This document shows positions 37,790-47,192 of a stretch of DNA of 64,000 nucleotides, piece after piece. Source of the DNA: an uncultured Eubacterium sp. (lineage in GTDB: Bacteria; Bacillota; Clostridia; Peptostreptococcales; Anaerovoracaceae); assembly GCA_964388765.1 (NCBI GenBank), contig CAYMBU010000001.1, positions 596 to 64,595 of the forward strand. The letters are read 5' to 3'. Numbering within the stretch: position 1 is the stretch's first letter; the number at the start of each line of letters is the position of its first letter. The position numbers and the translations under genes were made by a program. The notes beneath the pieces are model-generated. The model was not told the origin of the DNA, did not search any database, and was given only the letters and a program-made list of their open reading frames with translations.

Positions 37790-38169
37790 GGTGCATGTTA
37801 TCACATTCAAGGCTATGGCCATGTAGCTTCCTTCGACGCCGAAGTTCTCGTCAAAAAAGAGCTTGCTGTTCTCATTTACCGTCGTGCTGAATACTGACGC
37901 CACGGCAGGCTTTCCGCTGTCAGGAAGTCCGAACAGAAAGTCCTGGGCGAAATTCCACATCATGTGTGAAGTGCATGCGATCCACAGATTGTCAAAGCTC
38001 CAGTACATCGCAACATGCTCGTATCCGGCATCCACCCTAAGCAAGCCGATCAGATCGAAATATCTTACCCTTAAAAAATATCAAAATAACTGAGCCCGTA
38101 GCCAAGCATAAATACCGTGACTATGGTCGCGATAACAGAATTGGGTTTTTCTGTATTCTGTTCTTCCAT
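37790..38169 (-). pseudogene. Degraded CPBP (CAAX/Abi) intramembrane protease gene
   Basis: AAGGAGG RBS and ATG at 38169 give only MEEQNTEKPNSVIATIVTVFMLGYGLSYFDIF*; another frame carries NLWIACTSHMMWNFAQ..FGLP.SG...FGVEGS (CPBP C-terminal motif) and lacks the EE..R core. Confidence 0.65.
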
Positions 38170-38257
38170 AATGTGTCAGCCTCCTTTGCGGTGCGCACAA
38201 AAAAGCTATATCAGTATTTTAACACAATCATGAATGTAAGGACCGATGGCGGACGCA

Positions 38258-38286
38258 TTGAATAATTACAGGTGCTAGAGTATAAT
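38258..38286 (+). promoter_or_regulatory. SigmaA promoter of purB
   Basis: TTGAAT-N17-TATAAT. Confidence 0.7.
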
Positions 38287-38335
38287 AATATTTTGTGGTA
38301 ATAGGCTTTGATCATATTACAGCAAAGGAGAAAAA

Positions 38336-39778
38336 ATGGCAAAAGATGGCTATATAAGCGCGTTTTCGGAAAGATATCCGAGCGCAGAGATGAAGTATCT
38401 GTTCTCGCAGGAGAAAAAGTTCAGGACATGGAGAAGGCTCTGGATCGCACTTGCAGAATCGGAACAGGAGCTTGGGCTCGACATCACGGACGAACAGCTG
38501 GACGAACTTAGGGCTCATAAGGACGACATCAATTACGAAGTCGCCGAAGAGCGCGAGAAAGTCGTCCGCCACGACGTAATGTCGCACGTATACGCATACG
38601 GTGTTCAGTGCCCGAAGGCTAAGGGGATAATACACCTAGGCGCGACTTCGTGCTACGTTGGAGACAACACTGACATCATCGTAATGACAGAAGCACTGCA
38701 ACTGATTAGGAAAAAGCTGCTGAACGCAATGGACAGGCTGGCTGCTTTTGCCAAAGAATATAAAAACATGCCTACGCTTGCATACACGCACTATCAGGCT
38801 GCTCAGCCGACGACTGTGGGCAAGCGCGCAACACTCTGGCTGCATGATCTGCTGCTCGACTATCAGGATCTGGAGTATGTGCTTGGCAGCATGAAGCTTC
38901 TGGGGTGCAAAGGAACGACCGGCTCACAGGCTTCGTTCATGGAACTCTTTAATGGCGACCACGAGAAATGCAGAGCGCTGGACAGAAAGATCGCGGAAAA
39001 GATGGGCTTTGATGCCTGCTACCCTGTTTCGGGGCAGACATATTCCAGAAAGGTCGACAGTCGCGTGCTCTCCGTGCTCGCCGGGATCGGACAGTCTGCT
39101 CACAAGTTCAGCAACGACATCAGACTGCTCCAGCACATGAAGGAAGTCGAAGAACCGTTTGAAAAGACGCAGATCGGCTCATCCGCCATGGCATATAAGA
39201 GGAACCCGATGAGATCAGAGAGGATGGCTTCGCTCTCAAATTATCTGATGAGCGACGTTATGAATCCGCAGATCACGGCTGCGACACAGTGGTTCGAAAG
39301 GACGCTTGATGACTCCGCCAACAGAAGGATCGCAATATCGGAAGCATTCCTCGCGGCGGACAGCATCCTTGAGCTTTACATAAATATCACTGACGGCCTC
39401 GTCGTTTATCCGAAAGTCATTGAGTCACATCTGATGGCAGAGCTTCCGTTCATGGCGTCAGAGAACATCATGATGGACGCAGTCAAGGCCGGCGGCGACA
39501 GGCAGGAGCTCCATGAAAGGATCAGAGAGCTTTCAATGGAAGCCGGAAAAGTAGTCAAGGAAGAAGGAAAACCTAACGATCTTCTCAAAAGGATCGCTAA
39601 AGACCCGATGTTCAATGAACTCGGCGTAACGGAAGAATCGCTGGCCGAGGTCATGAAGCCTGAGAAATATGTGGGGCGCGCGCCTGAACAGGTCGAGGAG
39701 TTCCTCGACGGATTCATCAGGCCGCTCCTTGAAGAGAATAAAGAAGAACTCGGCGTAAAGGCCGATATAAACGTATAG
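38336..39778 (+). CDS. purB: Adenylosuccinate lyase
   Basis: RHDVM, IHLGATS, THYQAAQPTTVGKR, GSSAMAYKRNP signature. Confidence 0.96.
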   Translation: MAKDGYISAFSERYPSAEMKYLFSQEKKFRTWRRLWIALAESEQELGLDITDEQLDELRAHKDDINYEVAEEREKVVRHDVMSHVYAYGVQCPKAKGIIHLGATSCYVGDNTDIIVMTEALQLIRKKLLNAMDRLAAFAKEYKNMPTLAYTHYQAAQPTTVGKRATLWLHDLLLDYQDLEYVLGSMKLLGCKGTTGSQASFMELFNGDHEKCRALDRKIAEKMGFDACYPVSGQTYSRKVDSRVLSVLAGIGQSAHKFSNDIRLLQHMKEVEEPFEKTQIGSSAMAYKRNPMRSERMASLSNYLMSDVMNPQITAATQWFERTLDDSANRRIAISEAFLAADSILELYINITDGLVVYPKVIESHLMAELPFMASENIMMDAVKAGGDRQELHERIRELSMEAGKVVKEEGKPNDLLKRIAKDPMFNELGVTEESLAEVMKPEKYVGRAPEQVEEFLDGFIRPLLEENKEELGVKADINV

Positions 39779-39818
39779 ACGCCGGCAGCGGTCAGACAGC
39801 CTTGACAACACCGTGTCT

Positions 39819-39905
39819 GGACGGCTGTGGCATATGCGCGGCGTTTGGGCGGCTTTGGCATATGCGCGGCGTTTGGGCGGTTTTGGCATATGCGCGGCGT
39901 TTGGG
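39819..39905. repeat. Three tandem 28-bp repeats
   Basis: gggcggctttggcatatgcgcggcgttt x3; catatg at 39831, 39859 and 39887. Confidence 0.9.
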
Positions 39906-39948
39906 AATAAGCACAAAATTCTGTTATTTAATTATAGGGAGAGAAAGA

Positions 39949-41238
39949 ATGGTAAAAGCAATTGTTGGAGTAAACTGGGGCGACGAAGGCAAAGGCAAGA
40001 TCACTGACATGCTCGCCAGTGAAGCTGACATAGTCGTCAGGTTTCAGGGCGGAAGCAACGCGGGACATACGATCAAAAATGAATTTGGAAAGTTCTCGCT
40101 TCACATGCTCCCGTCAGGAGTTTTCTATAAGGATGTCACATGCGTGCTTGGAAACGGCGTCGCGCTGAACATCCCAAACGTAATGAAGGAGCTGAAGAGC
40201 CTTACTGACCAGGGCGTGCCGGAACCGAAGCTGCTCATTTCCGACAGAGCACACCTCGTTATGCCGTACCACATTCTTCTGGACGGATATGAAGAGGAAA
40301 GGCTCGGCGGAAAGTCGTTCGGATCGACCAAATCAGGTATCGCGCCTTGTTATTCTGACAAATACGCGAAGATCGGCTTCCAGGTTAACGAGCTGTTCAT
40401 GCCTGAGAAGAATCTCCGCGACCGTATAGAAAACGTATGCACGATAAAGAATACTCTCATCAAGTATCTGTATCACAAGCCGGAGCTTGATCCGGACGAG
40501 CTGTATGATACGATGATGGAATACAAGGAAATGGTAAAGCCGTATGTTGCAAACACTACGGCGTTCCTGCACGATGCCATCGACCAGGGCAAGACGATCC
40601 TTCTCGAAGGCCAGCTGGGCTCGATGAAAGACGTTGACCACGGTATCTATCCGATGGTCACAAGCTCAAACACTATTGCGGGGAACGGCGCCGCAGGCGC
40701 CGGGATACCGCCTTATGCCATAGATGATGTTCTCGCTATCACGAAAGCGTATTCCAGCGCCGTAGGCGCGGGCGCCTTCGTCTCCGAAATATTCGGAGAC
40801 GAAGCCGACGAGCTTAGGGCTCGCGGCGGTGATGGCGGCGAGTACGGCGCCACCACCGGGCGCCCGCGCAGGGTCGGCTGGTACGACTGCGTTGCCTCCC
40901 GCTACGGCTGCAGAGTGCAGGGCGCGACCGAGGTCGCGCTGACAGTCCTGGATCCGCTTGGATATCTGGACGAGATCCCTATCTGCGTAGCATATGACGT
41001 AAACGGAAAGATCATGGAAGACTTCCCTAACACAACTTACCTGTATCAGGCCAAGCCTGTACTGGAGAAGCTTCCGGGCTGGAAGTGCGACATCACAGGC
41101 ATCCGCAAGTGGGAAGACCTTCCGGAAAACTGCAGGAACTATGTAGACGAGATCGAGCGCCGCATAGGATGCCCGATAACATACGTATCGAACGGACCGG
41201 CTCGCGAAGATATTATCCGCCGCACGCCGAAACTGTAA
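39949..41238 (+). CDS. purA: Adenylosuccinate synthetase
   Basis: NWGDEGKGK, RFQGGSNAGHT, EYGATTGRPRRVGW. Start moved to MVKAIVG. Confidence 0.96.
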   Translation: MVKAIVGVNWGDEGKGKITDMLASEADIVVRFQGGSNAGHTIKNEFGKFSLHMLPSGVFYKDVTCVLGNGVALNIPNVMKELKSLTDQGVPEPKLLISDRAHLVMPYHILLDGYEEERLGGKSFGSTKSGIAPCYSDKYAKIGFQVNELFMPEKNLRDRIENVCTIKNTLIKYLYHKPELDPDELYDTMMEYKEMVKPYVANTTAFLHDAIDQGKTILLEGQLGSMKDVDHGIYPMVTSSNTIAGNGAAGAGIPPYAIDDVLAITKAYSSAVGAGAFVSEIFGDEADELRARGGDGGEYGATTGRPRRVGWYDCVASRYGCRVQGATEVALTVLDPLGYLDEIPICVAYDVNGKIMEDFPNTTYLYQAKPVLEKLPGWKCDITGIRKWEDLPENCRNYVDEIERRIGCPITYVSNGPAREDIIRRTPKL

Positions 41239-41240
41239 TC

Positions 41241-41364
41241 TCTGTCCCCGGGTGTCGCATAGATGCGACACCCGGGACGGTTCTGAGAGGCGCATAAATG
41301 CGACACACAGAACCGTCCCTGCCTTCGCATTTTTGCGAAGGAGGGAAACGTCCCCACCATCGCA
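41241..41364. repeat. REP-like palindromic mosaic, copy 1
   Basis: cccgggtgtcgcat-ag-atgcgacacccggg; gggacggttctg...cagaaccgtccc; ccttcgca-tttt-tgcgaagg; gaaacgtccccacc. Confidence 0.8.
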
Positions 41365-41376
41365 AAGGAGGAAGTA

Positions 41377-42516
41377 ATGTTCACAGATGCGCTCAGATCT
41401 GTCTGGGTCGAAGTAAACTTAAGCAATCTCGATTACAATGTAAAACAGATATATAAGAAGATCGGGCCTGACCCGGAGATGCTCGCGGTCATCAAGGCTG
41501 ACGCCTACGGCCACGGCGTAAGGCGCGTGGCAGAAGTGCTGCGTGAAAACGGGGTCAAGACTTTTGCCGTATCAACGATGAGCGAGGTCGTCACGCTTCG
41601 TGAAGCAGGCGCCAAGGAAGAGATCATCATCCTCGGGCTCACGCCTGACATGTATGCGGACATGCTGGTACGCTACGACGTAACGCCGGCTGTATGCAGC
41701 TACAAGAATGCGAAAGCGATAAGCGACGTGGCAAGGATCCAGGGCAGGAAGATGTTCGGTATGGTCGCAGTCGATACCGGCATGGGACGTATCGGCTACC
41801 AGTGGGACGATACGGAGCACGCGATCGAAGAGATCAAGAAGATGGAAAAGCTTCCGAACTTCAAGGCAAAGGCTTTGTTCTCGCACTTATCCACAGCAGA
41901 TGAGATGGATAAGTCTTATTCGGAACTGCAGGAAAAGAGAATGGAATACTTCCGCGACGCTGTGAAGGCAGCCGGCATCGACATCCCGTTCGTGACAATG
42001 GCGAACAGTGCCGCTATCATGGAGCTTCCGTCGACGCACTACGATGCGGTAAGGCCGGGCATCATCCTCTACGGCGTATATCCGTCAAATGAGGTGGACA
42101 AGTCTCAGCTCGACCTTAAGCCGTGTATGTCGGTCAAAGCCAACATAATCCATTTGAAGACTTTGAAGAAGGGCTGCGCTGTAAGCTATGGACGCAACTT
42201 CATCTGCAAGCGCGACTCCAAGATCGCAACGATAAATCTGGGCTACGCCGACGGTTTCCCTCGTGCCTATTCAGGCAAAGGCAAGGTTATCGTAAATGGC
42301 GTCGTCTGCCCGATCGCAGGAAATCTCTGCATGGACCAGTGCATGATCGATGTTACCGACGTGCCTAACGTGAAGTTCGGCGACGAGGTCATAATCATGG
42401 GGTCCGACGGCAAAAACACGATCACGCCGGAGTACATAGCTGAGTCGACTGGCACGATCAACTACGAGATCCTCTGCGCGTTCGGCCAGAGGCTGCCGAA
42501 AGTATACGTTCGCTAG
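41377..42516 (+). CDS. alr: Alanine racemase
   Basis: AVIKADAYGHG PLP motif, VDTGMGRIG, VRPGIILYG, GYADG, CMDQ. Confidence 0.96.
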   Translation: MFTDALRSVWVEVNLSNLDYNVKQIYKKIGPDPEMLAVIKADAYGHGVRRVAEVLRENGVKTFAVSTMSEVVTLREAGAKEEIIILGLTPDMYADMLVRYDVTPAVCSYKNAKAISDVARIQGRKMFGMVAVDTGMGRIGYQWDDTEHAIEEIKKMEKLPNFKAKALFSHLSTADEMDKSYSELQEKRMEYFRDAVKAAGIDIPFVTMANSAAIMELPSTHYDAVRPGIILYGVYPSNEVDKSQLDLKPCMSVKANIIHLKTLKKGCAVSYGRNFICKRDSKIATINLGYADGFPRAYSGKGKVIVNGVVCPIAGNLCMDQCMIDVTDVPNVKFGDEVIIMGSDGKNTITPEYIAESTGTINYEILCAFGQRLPKVYVR

Positions 42517-42632
42517 AACGCAGTTTTGTCCTATATCTCAAAAATCAAAAACACTCTGCGGGAATTTCTGTTCCATTCACAGAGTGCTTTTTTATATGAT
42601 GTTTCCGACGGGACCTATTCCATCGGTACCCA

Positions 42633-42926
42633 TTACAGTTTTTTATATATGTCTCCCCTGCTGCCTGCGGCGATGACGCGGATCACTACGATCTTTCCGT
42701 TGATCACTGTATATATGACCCTGTACTTTCCGAGTCTGATCCTGTAGAAATCGCCTGCGGCGCCTTTGATCTTCTTCACATCGACATGTTCCGGATGGCC
42801 GGTCATCAGTCTGCGCACCGCGTTCCTGTACTTCTCCCGGACCTCTTCATGCTTCTGAAAGAACTTGTCCGCGGCGGTGGTGTACTCGATGCAGTATTCC
42901 AGGAGCTTAGAAGGTGTTTTACTCAT
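42633..42926 (-). CDS. RelE/ParE-family type II toxin
   Basis: Y...ADKF, DVKKIKG...YRIRLGKYRVIY...GSRGDIYK. Start moved to MSKTPS. Confidence 0.85.
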   Translation of the reverse strand: MSKTPSKLLEYCIEYTTAADKFFQKHEEVREKYRNAVRRLMTGHPEHVDVKKIKGAAGDFYRIRLGKYRVIYTVINGKIVVIRVIAAGSRGDIYKKL

Positions 42927-43221
42927 CTTCACCTCCGCCTTTATCCGCATCGGTCAAAACCACTCTTTCCACACGGCTTATCTTCATGTCCTCGTCCGAC
43001 ATCCCGTTGACTGCGTCAAGTATCTCTGCCGACTCTTCAGGGCCGGCTTCTTCAACCATCGCTGTGAGTCTGTAATACGGATCCTTCTGCATTCTGTCTA
43101 TATATTCGGAAATCGCTTCGCGGACCACGTCAGTGTAGTTCATCCTGAGCATCGCGGCTACCCGCTTCATTTCTTCTATCTGCGCTTCATCAAGCTTGAA
43201 ATTTACTGCCTTAAGAGCCAT
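42919..43221 (-). CDS. Ribbon-helix-helix antitoxin
   Basis: KAVNFKLDE..IEEM...A......TDVVREAISEY RHH pattern; acidic C-terminus; overlaps the toxin start. Confidence 0.75.
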   Translation of the reverse strand: MALKAVNFKLDEAQIEEMKRVAAMLRMNYTDVVREAISEYIDRMQKDPYYRLTAMVEEAGPEESAEILDAVNGMSDEDMKISRVERVVLTDADKGGGEDE

Positions 43222-43257
43222 CCTGCACCTCCCTGCATCAAAACCCTTCTCTGCTTC

Positions 43258-43289
43258 AGTATAGTTTGTCTTTATCGTAAAGTCAAACT
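43258..43289 (-). promoter_or_regulatory. TA promoter overlapped by a palindromic operator
   Basis: TTGACT-N17-TATACT; AGTTTGTCTTTA-TCG-TAAAGTCAAACT inverted repeat (11/12 match) spans it. Confidence 0.75.
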
Positions 43290-43308
43290 TTATCACAAGC
43301 TGTCACAC

Positions 43309-43341
43309 AAAAAAGGAGAGGCGGATACCTCTCCCTTTTGT
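43309..43341 (-). terminator. Intrinsic terminator
   Basis: aaaaaggagag-gcggatac-ctctccctttt. Confidence 0.7.
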
Positions 43342-43357
43342 TTATGACTGCCTTGTC

Positions 43358-44767
43358 TTACCAGGCTTTATACCCGTGTTCCCACAGCGGCGTATATCTG
43401 ATGCTGTAGGTCACGGTACCATTTTTCAGATCTCCGACTTTTCCTTTGAATTTCAGCGTGATCTTCTTGACCGAATTTTCCTTCATGTTCACTTTCTTGT
43501 TTTTAATTGTCTTCTTGCCGATGAGCTTTCCGTCCGCATATACTTTCAGCGATATCTTCTTATACTTCACCAGCTTGAATATCCGGTTATTGTATGCGTA
43601 CAATGTCGCCGTATATTTCTTTCCCTTGCCGGAGATCTTCTGAACTCTCACGCTTCCTTTGGCATAGCCGTCAGAAGAATATGACTTTGAAATAGAGCGC
43701 TTGTACACATTCGCTTTCGGCTTTACTTTATTCGACCCGCCTTTATATGCTTTACCTGATGCCTTGACATAAGGGATAACTCTGAATTTTGACGTGCCTG
43801 CCTTCTTACGCTTGATAGTAACTTTTCTGGCTGTGCTCTTTACTGTTTTCACTTTCTTGCTGCCCTGGTACACATAATAGCCTGTCGCGCCGGATACACC
43901 TGTCCATCTCAGGATCGCCTGGTTTGAAGTGATCTTAGTCGCATAGACCTTATTATTGCCTATTTTTTCTGCCTTGTCAGTGAACGTAATAGATCCGCCT
44001 GTTTTTTCTTCATCCCCATAGAAAAAGGACAGCTGGACTTTAAATTTTATAGTCTTTGTATACGATACTTTTACATTTTTAAATATTGCTTTGGAACCCG
44101 AAAGCTCTACAGTTTTAAGCACTTTATTATTATCTGCGTTCAAAAGCGTTACCATGAAATCACTTGAATAGTATGTTTTCCCGCTGTTCTGACATGTATA
44201 GCTCAGCGTCTGGCCATCAGTAGTTACCTCATAGTTCCTCGACAAAAGTCCGGTTATTGTCCTGAGGTATGTAGTGTTCAGCGAAGGACCATAATTTATG
44301 GTGATCGTTCCGGAATACACCTCTATCTGGCTGCTGTTCATATTATAACCCGTATCATCAAACCCGTTCTTACAGCCTATACTGAGCCATACCTTTTTTT
44401 TGGCGTCTCTTAATGTTATCTTCGTGGAAAATTCGCCTCCGGAATAAGTCGTTTCGGCAACTTTTTCATCGCCAAACTCTCCTGTAACCCACGTTATGTC
44501 GAGTTTGTCCTGATTATACAGGTCTTTTATTCCAGCCTTTTTTGCATCCAGATCATTAAGTGACACACTCAGGGTCGCCCCTGGATCTACAGTACCGTCA
44601 GAATTTTTACCTTTGATCACGTCATCAATATCTATACCTTCGCCCGCATGGGCCTCTTCAAGTCCCGGAGCTCTTACTCCCATTGCCGCCATCATGGCCG
44701 GTATCATCAAAATCATCAACGCCGCTGCGACCGCAATCAGCAGCCTTCTTCCTGCCAGGTCCTTCAT
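43358..44767 (-). CDS. Secreted protein with an FN3-like, Lys-rich C-terminal region
   Basis: Signal peptide ending EAHA; LRWTGVSGATGYYVY; strongly basic C-terminal third. Confidence 0.7.
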   Translation of the reverse strand: MKDLAGRRLLIAVAAALMILMIPAMMAAMGVRAPGLEEAHAGEGIDIDDVIKGKNSDGTVDPGATLSVSLNDLDAKKAGIKDLYNQDKLDITWVTGEFGDEKVAETTYSGGEFSTKITLRDAKKKVWLSIGCKNGFDDTGYNMNSSQIEVYSGTITINYGPSLNTTYLRTITGLLSRNYEVTTDGQTLSYTCQNSGKTYYSSDFMVTLLNADNNKVLKTVELSGSKAIFKNVKVSYTKTIKFKVQLSFFYGDEEKTGGSITFTDKAEKIGNNKVYATKITSNQAILRWTGVSGATGYYVYQGSKKVKTVKSTARKVTIKRKKAGTSKFRVIPYVKASGKAYKGGSNKVKPKANVYKRSISKSYSSDGYAKGSVRVQKISGKGKKYTATLYAYNNRIFKLVKYKKISLKVYADGKLIGKKTIKNKKVNMKENSVKKITLKFKGKVGDLKNGTVTYSIRYTPLWEHGYKAW

Positions 44768-44905
44768 TTCTCAGACCTCCCTTCACGCATCAAAAACCAA
44801 CTTTTTCCCTTATTTATGATAACCTTCGTTATCTAACTAGAATATAATCCGAATATTCTGAAAAATCAATCAGCAATTCTGTTGGAAATACAGTAAATAC
44901 AGTTA

Positions 44906-44958
44906 TTGACGCTTTACTTGATCTTGCTGTATACTATGTATATACATAACGTATATAC
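44906..44958 (+). promoter_or_regulatory. TA promoter with GTATATAC palindromic operators
   Basis: TTGACG-N18-TATACT; TATGTATATACATA at 44935-44948 and a second GTATATAC at 44951-44958. Confidence 0.7.
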
Positions 44959-44970
44959 ACGGAGGATATA

Positions 44971-45276
44971 ATGACTACGACTAATATCAGGAAATGGGGA
45001 AACAGCCAGGGTCTGTATATACCTGTAGATTATCTTAGACAACTCGGGATCAAAATCAATGATTCTGTTATTCTCAATGTAGAAAACGATACGATCGTAA
45101 TAAGACGAAATGATGATTTCTCTGCTAAAGCGATGGCTGTCAAATCACTCAGGGAAATCCGGGAAAAGGCTTTGTTAAAGAAAGAGTCCGAGGGATCCGA
45201 CGTTTATGGCAAAGATGCGCCTCGTGACTACAAAAAGGAATATAAGGAATACCTAGATGAAAGATATAACATATAA
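44971..45276 (+). CDS. AbrB/MazE-family antitoxin
   Basis: IRKWGNSQGLYIP...LGI..ND.V.L. Confidence 0.88.
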   Translation: MTTTNIRKWGNSQGLYIPVDYLRQLGIKINDSVILNVENDTIVIRRNDDFSAKAMAVKSLREIREKALLKKESEGSDVYGKDAPRDYKKEYKEYLDERYNI

Positions 45277-45709
45277 TGATACCCGACATAAGGCGACCAG
45301 AGTTTTTCTAGACACTAACATTCTGCTTGATTACCTGTCATTTCGCAGCGAAGAAGCACTGGCAGTTGAATATCTGGTTGATATGTGCCTTCGCGGAACG
45401 ATAGAATGTTGTATAGCAGCGCACTCGCTTACGGATCTGTTTTATATAATAAAAGATTATACTGAATCTGATAGAAACCAGATAATACTTACTATGTGTG
45501 ACATATGTCATGTGCAGGAAATCTCACGTGATGCGATAAAACAGGCTATCGTTGCCGGATACAGCGGAGATCTGGAAGATGCACTTCAGATGCAATGTGC
45601 TGTGGACAGTCATGCGGATTTTCTGCTGACCAGGGACCGGAACGGCTTTGATAAAAGCCCTGTCAAAGCATTGCTGCCGCATGAACTGATACATGAACTC
45701 AAGCTGTGA
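45257..45709 (+). CDS. PIN-domain (VapC-like) toxin
   Basis: VFLDTNILLD, DLEDALQ..CA, LLTRD..GF. Confidence 0.88.
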   Translation: MKDITYNDTRHKATRVFLDTNILLDYLSFRSEEALAVEYLVDMCLRGTIECCIAAHSLTDLFYIIKDYTESDRNQIILTMCDICHVQEISRDAIKQAIVAGYSGDLEDALQMQCAVDSHADFLLTRDRNGFDKSPVKALLPHELIHELKL

Positions 45710-45727
45710 TCTGCCATGCATGATATT

Positions 45728-45764
45728 AAAAAAGCTGTTGCTATAAACACAACAGCTTTCTTTT
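45728..45764. terminator. Bidirectional intrinsic terminator
   Basis: aaagctgttg-ctataaaca-caacagcttt. Confidence 0.72.
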
Positions 45765-45793
45765 ACTATTTCATTCTTTACTAACTACCTCGC

Positions 45794-46330
45794 CTATGGT
45801 CTCAGCAGTCCTGTCACGAATACCATGAACGGCATGCGGCCTTTCTCGTCAGGCCATACAGGTTCGATATCAAAGAAGTCCTTCGATATCTTCATTACAT
45901 CGCCGCCAAGTGACTCCATGTTGTGGCGCATGTACTGAGGGAACCTGCAAGGCTTGCCCTGCTGCCTCGCGCAGTTTCCGAGTCCGCATATATCGCATGC
46001 TCCGCCAAGGAGGCCTTCGCTCCCCGGCTGCTCTTTTTCTCTTACATAAAGCTCCTGAGCAAGTTCAGCGCGGCATTTGTAGAAGAATACCTGAAGGTCG
46101 AGGTCGTCATAGTCGCCTTCCTCCTCTTCAAATATATACTTCCTGCAGTAGATCATCAGCGTCTTGTACTTACGCAGATATTCCAGCGGATCAAAATCGA
46201 ACGGCGGGCAGGCCCAGGTCACTCCGTAGTACGGGCACTGCTTGCACGCAGCCAGAAACTTAGGCACATCGACATACTTCTCGATGTACTCCTCTATCCC
46301 TATACGCGCTTCATAATTCTCTACACGCAT
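45794..46330 (-). CDS. DUF2284 putative metal-binding protein
   Basis: CKQCPYYG..WACPP, GACDIC..C....PCRFP..R.NME.LG.D. Confidence 0.82.
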   Translation of the reverse strand: MRVENYEARIGIEEYIEKYVDVPKFLAACKQCPYYGVTWACPPFDFDPLEYLRKYKTLMIYCRKYIFEEEEGDYDDLDLQVFFYKCRAELAQELYVREKEQPGSEGLLGGACDICGLGNCARQQGKPCRFPQYMRHNMESLGGDVMKISKDFFDIEPVWPDEKGRMPFMVFVTGLLRP

Positions 46331-46497
46331 TTCCTGACCTCCTGCGGCCTTCTCACCGGACCGCGCTTAAATATCTGCATAAATATCTTCTGCTATCTTA
46401 ATTCTACAACCTATACAGGAGATGTCAACGGTGTGTTTTTCCGGATCTATACTGAAAATGGCTTCCGGCTCTGTTTCGAAAACACGCAAAAACGCTT

Positions 46498-47175
46498 TTA
46501 CACCCTGTATACATACTCGGCGCGGCCCATGGAATTTGTCATGTGCGCCGACATAGCCGCGACTGCCGCGTCAGCGTCGTGCTTTTCAAATCCGGCGACT
46601 ATCGCACGGTGTTCGTCCACGATCTGCTGGAGGAATTTTGATTCATAGAATATCGGCCGTGTGGTCTGCTCTATATACTCCTTGTACGAGCGGAGGACCT
46701 GCGACATGAAGCGGCTCCCCGTCGCCTTGTAGATGATCTCGTGGAACTCCTTGTTCACAGAAAGAACGTACGCGCTGTCGCCTTTGTCGACATAGCGCTG
46801 CATCTTGTCGCATTTCGCGTTCAGGTCCGCCACTTCCTCATCGGTGATCCTCGCTGCCGCCCACTCAGTAGTGAGCTCCTCCAGAGCCTTACGTATGGCA
46901 TAGATGTCCTCGATATCCTGCCTGGTGAAACCCTTGGCGAAGCACCCTCTGTTCGGAACGTACTCGATCAGGCCTTCAGCTTCAAGCTGCTTGAAAGCCT
47001 TTCTGATCGGGGTACGGCTGACGGAAAGCTCTTCCGCGACGTGAGTTTCCTTGATCTTTTCTCCTATTTTATATTCACCCTTCAGAATACGCTCACGGAC
47101 GACGCCCGCGATGCTGTCTGTCAGGGAATCAAACTGTGTGTTATCTTTACTCATACTATCTACTCCTGCGAGCAT
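46498..47175 (-). CDS. GntR-family (FadR/FCD-type) transcriptional regulator
   Basis: VSRTPIRKAF.QLE.EGL wHTH; N.EFH...EH..I FCD domain. Confidence 0.9.
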   Translation of the reverse strand: MLAGVDSMSKDNTQFDSLTDSIAGVVRERILKGEYKIGEKIKETHVAEELSVSRTPIRKAFKQLEAEGLIEYVPNRGCFAKGFTRQDIEDIYAIRKALEELTTEWAAARITDEEVADLNAKCDKMQRYVDKGDSAYVLSVNKEFHEIIYKATGSRFMSQVLRSYKEYIEQTTRPIFYESKFLQQIVDEHRAIVAGFEKHDADAAVAAMSAHMTNSMGRAEYVYRV

Positions 47176-47192
47176 GCTCTCGCATGACCCGT

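Noticed and set aside
37634-38044. Intact 136-aa gene
   Set aside because: No convincing RBS, and it reads through a terminator into the CoA-transferase; treated as a pseudogene fragment.
39819-39905. 28-bp repeats as a CRISPR array
   Set aside because: Units are contiguous with no spacers; no cas genes in the window.
39802-39948. N-terminal extension of PurA
   Set aside because: It is the translated tandem repeat; the conserved PurA start is at 39949.
42633-45709. Prophage or IS element
   Set aside because: No integrase, transposase, terminal repeats or phage structural genes found.
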